Below, piece after piece: positions 7,827 through 15,499 of a stretch of DNA of 29,066 bases; position 1 is the first letter of the stretch, and each line of letters opens with the position of its first letter. The notes below the pieces were generated by a model. It did not search any database and was not told the DNA's origin. It saw only the letters and a list, made by a program, of their open reading frames with translations. This DNA is from a virus (Duplodnaviria > Caudoviricetes), in IMG/VR virus record IMGVR_UViG_3300038336_000027, positions 1 through 29,066 of that record; one strand, 5' to 3'. The translations under genes were made by a program, and so were the position numbers.

Positions 7827-8492
7827 GTGAACCAGCAACAGGATATCACCCCCGAGGCCCCCACTGACGGCGTCATCGAGCTGCAGGGCGAGAAGTACAT
7901 GCGCGACACCGGCGGCCGTCTGGTGCCGATCGACGCGATCAAGCCCGAAGATCTGCTGATGGACGAGACCACGCGCAAGATCTGCGCCTTTGCCGAGGAC
8001 CTGTCGGCGCGCATCAGCCGCTTCCGGGGTCACACCTTCGACGACATCGCCACCACGGTGGACCTGATGACCGAGAAGTATGGCCGCCGTCTGGGCGGCG
8101 CGAAGGGCAATGTCACGCTCACCAGCTTTGACGGCACCCTGCAGGTCAAGGTGCAGGTGCAGGACCAGATCACCTTCGGCCCCGAGCTGCAGGCTGCCAA
8201 GGAGCTGGTCGATATCTGCATCTCGCGCTGGTCGGAAGGGTCCAACGCGCAGGTCCGTACCCTGATCCAGCACGCCTTCCAGGTGGACAAGGAGGGGCGG
8301 ATCAACCGCTCGGCCCTGTTCCAGCTGCGCCGCATGCGGGTCGAGGATGGCGACCCGGAGTGGCGCGCCGCGATGGATGCCCTGTCGGATGCGATCCGCG
8401 TGATCGGGTCCAAGGAATACGTCCGCTTCTACCGCCGCGACAATCCCCGCGCCCGCTGGGAGCCGATCACCATCGATCTGGCAAGCGCCTGA
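7827..8492 (+). CDS. DUF3164-family protein
   Basis: YMRDTGGRLVP, GGAKGNVTLTSFDG, FGPELQAAKELVD, AFQVDKEG, SKEYVRFY; AAGGAG RBS. Confidence 0.9.
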   Translation: MNQQQDITPEAPTDGVIELQGEKYMRDTGGRLVPIDAIKPEDLLMDETTRKICAFAEDLSARISRFRGHTFDDIATTVDLMTEKYGRRLGGAKGNVTLTSFDGTLQVKVQVQDQITFGPELQAAKELVDICISRWSEGSNAQVRTLIQHAFQVDKEGRINRSALFQLRRMRVEDGDPEWRAAMDALSDAIRVIGSKEYVRFYRRDNPRARWEPITIDLASA

Positions 8493-8518
8493 TCACCCCA
8501 CCAAGCAGGAGAGACACG

Positions 8519-9706
8519 ATGACCATCAGTGAGATTGAACTGCGCCGCGAGCTTCTGGACAAGGCGCTGGCAAGCGCGAAGCTGCCCGAGGCGATCGAGT
8601 ATGCGCATGACATGTGGCGCTTTGTCAGCGGGCAGGATGCCGCGCTGGTCTACGGGCCGACCGGCCTGCCCGCGAACTGGATGGACGGGGCCACCCCGGT
8701 CCCGGAGGCCGAGGTTGCCCGGCTGTTTCGCGATGCCAGCATCGTGGGCATTGCCCTGGACGAGAGCGGCAACTGGCGGCGGGTTGATGCGGCGGGCCGC
8801 ACGCTGGATGCGTTCGACTTTGACACCCACCCGATCTGGGGTGGCCTGCGCGACATCATCACCGATGAGGGTCTGCACCTGGTGGAGATCCCGAAGTTCT
8901 GGGTTCGCTTCGAGGCGCGCGGTGACGAGCGCCTGTGGTGGGTCAGCCCGCGCGCCCGCGAGGGGTTCGACCTGCACCCGGCCTTCCTTGCCGCCGATGG
9001 ACGCGCCGTGGCGGTGCTGCGGGTGGCCAAGTATCTCGCGACCGACAAGGAGGGCAAGATCGGTGTGGCCGCAGGGCAGACGCCCTGGACCTCGATCACG
9101 ATCGACGAGGCGCGGCGCAAATGCGAGGCGCTCGGCCAGGGCTGGCGCATGTGGTCGGTCTATGACCAGGCGGCGATCCAGTTGCTGGCGCTGATCGAGA
9201 TGGGCACCCCGGACATGCAGGACGCCATTGCGCGCGGCAATGTCGATGGCGCTGGCGCGAAGCCCACCGGCAGCACCGGGGCCGCCTGGCGGGGCATCCA
9301 TGATCTGTGGGGAAACGTCTGGCAGTTCGTCGACGGGTTGCGGATCAGCGCAGGCGGGGTGATCGAGGTCTGGCATGACCTGCTGCCCGGCCCGGACGCC
9401 TGGGTAAACACCGGCGTGGCCTATGGGCCGGGCAAGGATGACGGCTTTCCAACCGATCTGCACATGGAGCGCGACCGGGGCTTCAACCTGTCGCTTCTGT
9501 TCCTGCCCTCCGAGGTGTCTGACGATCGCGAGGATGCGATCATCCCGGACTATGTCTGGGGGCGCTGGCAGGACCGCGAGACGATCGCCATCCGTGGGGG
9601 CAGCTGGAACAGCGGCGCGAACGCCGGGGGCTTCGCCCTCGACCTGGGCCACGCGCGTTCGAGCGCGAACACGAGCCTCGGCTTCCGGCCCGCTTTCGGG
9701 TTCTGA
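8519..9706 (+). CDS. C-type-lectin/FGE-sulfatase-fold protein, DGR target-like (Mtd-like C-terminus), 395 aa
   Basis: VEIPKFW...GFDLHPAF, RGIHDLWGNVWQFVDG, C-terminal RGGSWNSGANAGGFALDLGHARSSANTSLGFRPAF; AGGAG RBS before ATG 8519. Confidence 0.85.
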   Translation: MTISEIELRRELLDKALASAKLPEAIEYAHDMWRFVSGQDAALVYGPTGLPANWMDGATPVPEAEVARLFRDASIVGIALDESGNWRRVDAAGRTLDAFDFDTHPIWGGLRDIITDEGLHLVEIPKFWVRFEARGDERLWWVSPRAREGFDLHPAFLAADGRAVAVLRVAKYLATDKEGKIGVAAGQTPWTSITIDEARRKCEALGQGWRMWSVYDQAAIQLLALIEMGTPDMQDAIARGNVDGAGAKPTGSTGAAWRGIHDLWGNVWQFVDGLRISAGGVIEVWHDLLPGPDAWVNTGVAYGPGKDDGFPTDLHMERDRGFNLSLLFLPSEVSDDREDAIIPDYVWGRWQDRETIAIRGGSWNSGANAGGFALDLGHARSSANTSLGFRPAFGF

Positions 9707-9751
9707 CATCTGACCCCCTGCACTCTGGCGGCCTGCCGAAAGGCGGGCCGC
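9584..9751 (+). other. Putative DGR variable repeat + IMH-like segment + GAAA hairpin
   Basis: AAC or AAC-derived NNC codons at the variable positions; GC-rich GGCTTCCGGCCCGC; TCTGACATCTGACCCCCTG; hairpin GCGGCCTGCC-GAAA-GGCGGGCCGC (9728-9751). Confidence 0.7.
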
Positions 9752-9757
9752 ACCACC

Positions 9758-9815
9758 GGCGAAACCGCATCGCGGTCTGTGGGGCAAGGGCACCCCCGCA
9801 CTGATGAGCCAGCCC
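9758..9815 (+). ncRNA. Type II hammerhead ribozyme with pseudoknot
   Basis: GGC-GAAA-CCGC(ATC)GCGG-TC^-TGTGGGG(CAAGGGCAC)CCCCGCA-CTGATGA-GCC-A-GCCC. All core nucleotides and three stems are present, plus loop I GGGC : 3' GCCC pairing. Confidence 0.9.
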
Positions 9816-9834
9816 GAGACAGGAGATGGGAGAC

Positions 9835-10026
9835 ATGGACCAACTGATCCACCCGGCAGGGGCCGTCATGCTGGCCGCGTTTGCGGCGGCAGTCGTGGTG
9901 TTCGGCGCGACCATCTGGGCCGGGCGCTTTGGCCCGCCGCGCTGCTACAGCTGGATGCTGTCGGGGCTTGCCGCCGGTGTTCTGGTGTTTGCCCTGGTGA
10001 TCGTCGGCGCGCTGGTGCTGGCATGA
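9835..10026 (+). CDS. Small two-TM membrane protein
   Basis: AGGAG 9 nt upstream; two hydrophobic helices; ATGA overlap with gemA. Confidence 0.7.
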   Translation: MDQLIHPAGAVMLAAFAAAVVVFGATIWAGRFGPPRCYSWMLSGLAAGVLVFALVIVGALVLA

Positions 10027-10469
10027 GCAACGCGATCAAGGCCATTCACGCAAGCCGCCGCCAGGTGCCGGGGCTTGAGGATGACGAAACGTGGCGTGAC
10101 TTCCTGCAGCAGATCACCGGCGAGCGGTCGATCCGCGCAATGCCCGAGCCCGTCCGCGCGAAGGTGCTGGATGCGCTGCGCGATCGCGGCGCGAAGGGCG
10201 GCAATGGTGCGCGCAGTTTCAGACCCTCGGACAAGCCGCATGTGCGCAAGGTCTTTGCGATCTGGGGGGCGATGTGCCGCGCCGGGATCCCCGACAATGC
10301 CACGCGCGCCGGACTGCGCGCTTTCGTGGCCAGGATGACCGCCTCGGCCGAGCGGCCCGAGGGCGTGGGTAATCCCGAATGGCTGACCCCCGAGGATGCC
10401 CGCAAGGTGACCGAGGCGCTGAAGGCATGGGAGCGCCGCGCGCTGGCCAAGCGGGGGGCTTCCAGATGA
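10023..10469 (+). CDS. gemA: GemA (Mu gp16, DUF1018) family protein
   Basis: IKAIHASRRQVPGLEDDETWRDFLQQITGERS...KVFAIW...LRAFVARMT...WLTPEDARKVTEALKAW. Confidence 0.9.
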   Translation: MSNAIKAIHASRRQVPGLEDDETWRDFLQQITGERSIRAMPEPVRAKVLDALRDRGAKGGNGARSFRPSDKPHVRKVFAIWGAMCRAGIPDNATRAGLRAFVARMTASAERPEGVGNPEWLTPEDARKVTEALKAWERRALAKRGASR

Positions 10470-10714
10470 CCCGCCGCAAGAGCCGGTCCTATCGGATCAG
10501 GATCGAGGCCGATGCCTTTGAGCGCCTCGCCGCCACCCTGATCGAGGATCACAGCACCCGGCTGGCGGAGGGCTGGACGATCTGTCCGACCTCCGGGCTG
10601 TGGCGCACCAACAGCGGAACGCTGACGGCGCGCATCGCCTATCGGCTGCGCGCACGCGGCGCGACCGTGGTGCACACCATCCGGGGGATCAATCCGGGTG
10701 TGCGCAATGGGTGA
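10466..10714 (+). CDS. Hypothetical protein
   Basis: ATGA-coupled to gemA; overlaps the next start. Confidence 0.65.
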   Translation: MTRRKSRSYRIRIEADAFERLAATLIEDHSTRLAEGWTICPTSGLWRTNSGTLTARIAYRLRARGATVVHTIRGINPGVRNG

Positions 10715-11150
10715 GCTGCGCCCCGATCCCTTCGACGGCCTGCCCCCGACCCTGCGTCAGGTGGCGGAGGTTGCCGGGGTCGAGGCGGCTGCGCGGCTGG
10801 CGCGCGATCATGGGGGCACCGAGATCTACATCCGGCGCACCCTCGACATGGAGCATGTCCTGGTCAAGTCGGTCGGCATGGAGGCGGCAGCCTCGATCCT
10901 TGAGCGCTTTGGCCCCGGCGCGCTGGAGGTGCCGCTCTGGCTGAGCGGGCGCGGCCAGCAGCTGGCCCGGCGCATCATGGAGATGCTGGACGAGGGGCGC
11001 TCGGAGGCGAAGATCGCGCGCGCCCTGCACTGCCATATCAGGACCGTGCGGCGCTACCGCGCGCGCAGCCCTTCGGCGCAGATGGACCTGTTCGAGCACT
11101 TCGATCTTGAAGAGAAGTCTTGCGCTGACGACGATTTTGACGAAAGCTGA
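10707..11150 (+). CDS. Mor/C-family late transcription activator
   Basis: LPPTLRQVAEVAGVEAAARLARDHGGTEIYI plus C-terminal HTH; last gene before the lysis cassette. Confidence 0.82.
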   Translation: MGELRPDPFDGLPPTLRQVAEVAGVEAAARLARDHGGTEIYIRRTLDMEHVLVKSVGMEAAASILERFGPGALEVPLWLSGRGQQLARRIMEMLDEGRSEAKIARALHCHIRTVRRYRARSPSAQMDLFEHFDLEEKSCADDDFDES

Positions 11151-11169
11151 ACCAAGGCGGGGCATGGCA

Positions 11170-11185
11170 GGACATCTGTCCGGGT
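11170..11185 (+). promoter_or_regulatory. Late-promoter activator site 1
   Basis: GGACA-TC-TGTCC-GGGT palindrome, 15/16 identical to 18367-18382. Confidence 0.72.
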
Positions 11186-11248
11186 CGGAACCGACCGCCG
11201 CGCGATGACAAGGTGACCGGGTGCGCAACAGCAGCGGTTGACCCTGTC

Positions 11249-12022
11249 ATGAATATCTTCGACATCCAGAAGCACCTGAAGGCACTCGGCCATGATCCGG
11301 GGCCGATCGATGGCGTCTGGGGGTCACGCACCCGCGCCGCCCTCTTCTCTCTGCTCTATGTGCTGCGCGCCGTGGCAGTGCAGGGCGCTGCCAGCTGGAA
11401 CGTGGTGCGGCTGCGCCTTGCGGCCGAGCAGGCGATCCTTGCCGCCAACGGCTTTGACCCCGGCCCGATCGACGGGCTGGACGGGCCGCGCACACAGGCC
11501 GCCCGCCAGCAGTTCACCGCCCGCCCCGATGCCCGGCTTGCCGAGGCGGTGGCGTCAACGTCGAGCGTGATCCGCCAGGGCAAGGCCGGGCACCCCGTCA
11601 ACGAGATCATCATCCATTGCGCCGCAACCCGCCCGAACTGGATGGACCGCCAGCCTCTGCGCGAGCAGATTGCAGAGATCCGCACCTGGCACCGTGAGCG
11701 CGGCTGGCGCGACATTGGCTATCACTGGATCATCGGGCGCGACGGATCGATGCTGCCGGGCCGTCCCGAGACCGAGATCGGCGCGCATGTCGCGGGGCAC
11801 AACAGCGGCACGATCGGCATCTGCCTGATCGGCGGCTTCGGCAGCGCCACCACGGATCGCTTCTCGGATCACTTCACCGCGCAGCAGGGCATCACGCTGG
11901 AGCAACAGATCCAGGCGATCTCGATGCGCACGCCGATCACCCGGATCAGCGGGCACAACGAGTATGCCGCCAAGGCCTGCCCCGGCTTCAATGTCGCCCG
12001 CTGGCTTGAGGGGTATCAGTGA
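11249..12022 (+). CDS. Endolysin: two PG-binding domains + Amidase_2 (T7-lysozyme-like)
   Basis: GHDPGPIDGVWGSRT, GFDPGPIDGLDGPRT; IIIHCAAT, DIGYHW, GAHVAGHN, GHNEYAAKACP. Confidence 0.95.
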   Translation: MNIFDIQKHLKALGHDPGPIDGVWGSRTRAALFSLLYVLRAVAVQGAASWNVVRLRLAAEQAILAANGFDPGPIDGLDGPRTQAARQQFTARPDARLAEAVASTSSVIRQGKAGHPVNEIIIHCAATRPNWMDRQPLREQIAEIRTWHRERGWRDIGYHWIIGRDGSMLPGRPETEIGAHVAGHNSGTIGICLIGGFGSATTDRFSDHFTAQQGITLEQQIQAISMRTPITRISGHNEYAAKACPGFNVARWLEGYQ

Positions 12023-12279
12023 TGGCCAATTCACCACTTCCACCCCTGCCCGCCTGGCATGCGCGCTCGTTCTACGCCCAGCTGCTGCTGGTCGCGACGG
12101 TCCTTGCGCATGTTCTGGGCGTCGATTTCGACGGCCTGCTGGCAGGGATGGGGCTGACCGCGCCGGATCAGCTGATCGATCTGGCCATGACAATCATGCC
12201 CTGGCTGTTTGGTCTCTGGGCGTGGCTGGAGCGCCGCGCACCAAAGTACCAGCTGGTGTTTCGGAAGGTCTGGGCATGA
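12022..12279 (+). CDS. Putative holin
   Basis: Two TM helices, basic C-terminus, between endolysin and spanins. Confidence 0.65.
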   Translation: MANSPLPPLPAWHARSFYAQLLLVATVLAHVLGVDFDGLLAGMGLTAPDQLIDLAMTIMPWLFGLWAWLERRAPKYQLVFRKVWA

Positions 12280-12536
12280 GCTGGCTGCCCGACATCATCA
12301 CCCTGATCCTCGGGCTGATCGTGGGGATCGGCGGCACCTGGAGGCTGGCAAAAAGCCGGGGCCAGCGCGAGGGCGAAAAGCAGGCAGAAACCAAAGCGGA
12401 GGCCGTGCGTCTTCGCAACTATATCGAGACGAGGGAAAGAATTGATGAAGCTGATCACAAGCCTCTTGATGGTGATGATGCTCGCGACTGGTTGCGCGAC
12501 TTCTCGTCCGGCGGAAGCACCAGGTCCGAGCGGTGA
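12276..12536 (+). CDS. Putative i-spanin (Rz-like)
   Basis: N-terminal TM followed by a charged helical tail. Confidence 0.7.
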   Translation: MSWLPDIITLILGLIVGIGGTWRLAKSRGQREGEKQAETKAEAVRLRNYIETRERIDEADHKPLDGDDARDWLRDFSSGGSTRSER

Positions 12537-12684
12537 GGCCATGTGCCAGGGGCTTGAGCGCTCTGCCCGCAACCATGCCGCAGCGCTCGCCAGTGATGGC
12601 GGGCCTTCCTCCGTCCAGAGTGGCGTTGCCCTGATCAGGGGGCTGGCTGCCGCCTGCATCTACGACCTGGGCCGTTCGGAGTAA
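12445..12684 (+). CDS. Putative o-spanin lipoprotein (Rz1-like)
   Basis: Signal peptide with lipobox LATG|C; starts inside the i-spanin in the +1 frame. Confidence 0.75.
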   Translation: MKLITSLLMVMMLATGCATSRPAEAPGPSGEAMCQGLERSARNHAAALASDGGPSSVQSGVALIRGLAAACIYDLGRSE

Positions 12685-12687
12685 GGC

Positions 12688-13023
12688 ATGGAAGAGTTCG
12701 ATATTGCCTTCATCCTGAAATGGCTGCCGCTTCTGAACGTTGTCGTCATACCGGCCGCCGCCTGGATCATCCGCGCCGCCACCCAGAGCATGGCGACCAA
12801 GGCCGACATCGCCGCGCAGTCGACCGAGCTGGGCAGGCTGGCCCGCCGGGTCGACCTGATGGAGCGCGACCTCAAGCACTTGCCGGATGCCGATGACTTC
12901 GCCGGGCTGAAGGAGCAGATCGCGGCGCTGACCGGCGCGGAGAAGGCCCAGACCCAGCAGCTGGTCGGCCTGTCACAGTCGGTCGCGCGGATCGAGGACT
13001 GGCTTATGAGGGGCGTGAAGTGA
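12688..13023 (+). CDS. DUF2730-family protein (Mu gp25-like)
   Basis: N-terminal TM, coiled coil, KHLP..DD motif, ...IEDWLM; position. Confidence 0.75.
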   Translation: MEEFDIAFILKWLPLLNVVVIPAAAWIIRAATQSMATKADIAAQSTELGRLARRVDLMERDLKHLPDADDFAGLKEQIAALTGAEKAQTQQLVGLSQSVARIEDWLMRGVK

Positions 13024-13325
13024 GCTACAGGGATTTCATCGCGGAACACCGCAGGCTCTTTGCCCTGCAGCTGCTGGCCGAGATCGGCGGCAGCGCCAGC
13101 GAGGACATCGTCTATCAAGGTGTGCGCCAGGGCTTCCGGCCGATCAAGGGCGTGACGCGGGACGTGATCCGCGCCGATCTGGACTGGATGCACAACCGCC
13201 ACCTGCTGAGCTACGAGTGGCTCGACGACACGATGCTGGTGGTCGGGCTGACCGAGCGCGGCGCATATGTCGTGAGTGGCGATGTCGAGGTCGAGGGCGT
13301 CAAGGTCCCGGATGCGCGGAGGTAA
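13020..13325 (+). CDS. Mu gp26-like winged-helix protein
   Basis: EHRRLFALQLL...TRDVIRADLDW...LTERG..V..G...GVKVP. Confidence 0.8.
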   Translation: MSYRDFIAEHRRLFALQLLAEIGGSASEDIVYQGVRQGFRPIKGVTRDVIRADLDWMHNRHLLSYEWLDDTMLVVGLTERGAYVVSGDVEVEGVKVPDARR

Positions 13326-13328
13326 CGC

Positions 13329-13874
13329 ATGGCTCGCCCGTCCACGATCCAGCGCCTTCCCTCTCAGGTCCGCGAAGCCATAGCCGATCTGCGCGGCAAG
13401 GGCCGGACGATCGACGAAATCCTGTCCAAGCTGCGCGAGCTCGATGTCGATGTGTCGCGCTCGGCGCTCGGCCGCCACGTCAAACAGCTCGATGCGATCG
13501 GCAAGGAGATCAGGCGCTCGCGCGAGGTGGCCGAGGCGCTGGTCAAGCAATATGGCGATGCGCCGGAAAGCCGGACGGCGCAGCTCAACATCGAGCTGAT
13601 GCAGGGCCTGGTGACGCGCCTGATGTTCGCCGAGGATGGCGAGCTCGTTTCCTTCGACCCCAAGGACGCGATGATGATGGCGACAGCCCTGCAGAAGCTG
13701 GCGCAGGCCTCCAAGCAGGATGCCGATCGGGTCGTGTTGATCCGCAAGGAGTTCGCCAAGAAGCTCGACGACGCGATCGCGGCCGCCGAAGAGGCGGGCG
13801 AGCGCGGCCTTTCGCCCGAGCGCCTGGCCGAGCTGCGGCGCGGCTTCCTGGGCGTAAGGCGGGCTGGCGAATGA
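13329..13874 (+). CDS. Terminase small subunit (Mu gp27/DUF3486)
   Basis: RPSTIQRLP...SRSALGRH...GLSPE..AELR..FLG. Confidence 0.88.
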   Translation: MARPSTIQRLPSQVREAIADLRGKGRTIDEILSKLRELDVDVSRSALGRHVKQLDAIGKEIRRSREVAEALVKQYGDAPESRTAQLNIELMQGLVTRLMFAEDGELVSFDPKDAMMMATALQKLAQASKQDADRVVLIRKEFAKKLDDAIAAAEEAGERGLSPERLAELRRGFLGVRRAGE

Positions 13875-15499
13875 ATGACCTGCCCGGCGCGCACACCCCA
13901 CCGCCCCGCTCCCCGGTCGATGACCAGATCCCCGGCATGCTGCCGCCCGAGGACCTGGACCCGCTGGCCGATGGCATCCTCATGGCCCACCAGCGCGCCT
14001 GGGTCGAGGACCAGTCCCCCCTGAAACTGGCCGAGAAAGGCCGCCGGACGGGCGTCACCTTTGCCGAGGCGCTGGACAGCACCCTGATCGCCGCCGCCTC
14101 GCGCACGGCGGGCGGGGATCACACCTGGTATATCGGGGACACGAAGGACAAGGGCCTTGAGTTCATCTCGGTCTGTGCGCGGTTTGCAAAGACGATCGCG
14201 CGCGAGCTGGTCGAGATCGAGGAGTTCCTGTTCGAGGACAGGCAGCCGGACGGGACCAGCCGCTACATCAACGCCTACCGCATCCGCTTTGCCAGCGGCT
14301 TCCAGGTGTCCGCGCTGTCGTCGAACCCCGCCAACATCCGGGGTCTTCAGGGGCGGGTGGTCATCGACGAGGCGGCATTCCACCGCAACGTGGCCGCCGT
14401 GATCGATGCCTGCAACGCGCTGCTGATCTGGGGTGGTGTCATCCGCATCATCTCGACCCATAACGGCGCTTTAAACCCGTTTAATGAGCTGATCAAAGAG
14501 ACCCGCGAGGGGCGCTACGATTACCGCATCCACCGCATCACCTTCGATGATGCGGTCGAGAACGGGCTTTACGAGCGCGTCTGTCTGATCCGGGGCTGGG
14601 AGGCCACGCAAGAGGGCAAGCGCGACTGGTATGCCCGCGTGCGCCGGTCCTACGGTACGCGGGTCGAGGCCATGCGCGAGGAGCTGGACGCGATCCCGCG
14701 CGAGGGGGAAGGCGTCCTGTTGCCCCTTGCCTGGATCGAGGCCGCCTCGCGACCTGATTATGTGGTCAAGCGGTGGGAAGCCCCCTCAACGGGCTTCCTT
14801 GATCTGCCCGAACAGTACCGCCGCGCCGAGATGCTGGACTGGCTGGAGCGCGAGCTCGGCCCGGTCATCCAGACCTTCACGCCCGAGCTTGGCCCCTTCG
14901 CCCTGGGCGAGGACTTCGGCATGCGCCAGGACCGCACGTCCTTCGTGATCGGCTACACGGCGCAGGACCTGTCGCGCCATGTGCCGCTGATCGTGGAACT
15001 GCGCCAGTGCCCCTATGACCAGCAGAAGCAGGCGCTCTACTGGATCGTGGACCGCTTGCCCCGGTTCCAGAAGGGCATCCTGGACGCCAACGGCAACGGT
15101 ATGGCGCTGGCGCAGGAGGCGCGCCAGAAGTTCGGCCCCGAGCTAATCACCGAATTGATCGCCACCGATGCCTGGCATCGCGAGTTCACGCCCGGCTTCA
15201 GGAGCGCCTTCGAGGACCGGACCATCTTCATTCCGGCCGACCGGGATGTGCGCGATGACCTGCGCCAGATCACGATGATCGGCGGTGTGGGCAAGGTGCC
15301 GCGCGACGTGCGCACCAAGGGCACCGATGGCGGCAAGAGACACGCCGACACCGCCGTGGCGATGATGAATTTTCATGCGGCGACCCATGCCGAGAGTTTC
15401 GATTACGGCTACCGCGCGGCCTCCGAGCTGCGCAGCGAAGACCGCGATCATGATGACCGGGCCGGATCGGCCCGCTTTGCAAGACGAGGGGCGTGGTGA
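13871..15499 (+). CDS. Terminase large subunit (Mu gp28-like)
   Basis: EKGRRTGVT, RGLQGRVVIDEAAFH, IISTHNG, nuclease GEDFG and HAD motifs. Confidence 0.95.
   Translation: MNDLPGAHTPPPRSPVDDQIPGMLPPEDLDPLADGILMAHQRAWVEDQSPLKLAEKGRRTGVTFAEALDSTLIAAASRTAGGDHTWYIGDTKDKGLEFISVCARFAKTIARELVEIEEFLFEDRQPDGTSRYINAYRIRFASGFQVSALSSNPANIRGLQGRVVIDEAAFHRNVAAVIDACNALLIWGGVIRIISTHNGALNPFNELIKETREGRYDYRIHRITFDDAVENGLYERVCLIRGWEATQEGKRDWYARVRRSYGTRVEAMREELDAIPREGEGVLLPLAWIEAASRPDYVVKRWEAPSTGFLDLPEQYRRAEMLDWLERELGPVIQTFTPELGPFALGEDFGMRQDRTSFVIGYTAQDLSRHVPLIVELRQCPYDQQKQALYWIVDRLPRFQKGILDANGNGMALAQEARQKFGPELITELIATDAWHREFTPGFRSAFEDRTIFIPADRDVRDDLRQITMIGGVGKVPRDVRTKGTDGGKRHADTAVAMMNFHAATHAESFDYGYRAASELRSEDRDHDDRAGSARFARRGAW

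Noticed and set aside
9728-9751. Hairpin as an intrinsic terminator
   Set aside because: No U-tract, and the operon continues; it fits a DGR target hairpin better.
11125-11145. CTGACGA...GAAA as a second hammerhead (also CTGATGA at 1861, ~5449 and ~26706)
   Set aside because: At 11125 stems I and III do not form; all of these hits lie in coding sequence without supporting structure.
13131-13141. GGCTTCCGGCC match to the VR end as a possible template repeat
   Set aside because: Only 11 bp, inside the gp26-like CDS, with no AAC-rich upstream similarity.
14471-14484. TTAA pair as a CtrA box
   Set aside because: Spacing is N6 here (N17 at 18265-18289), not TTAA-N7-TTAA.
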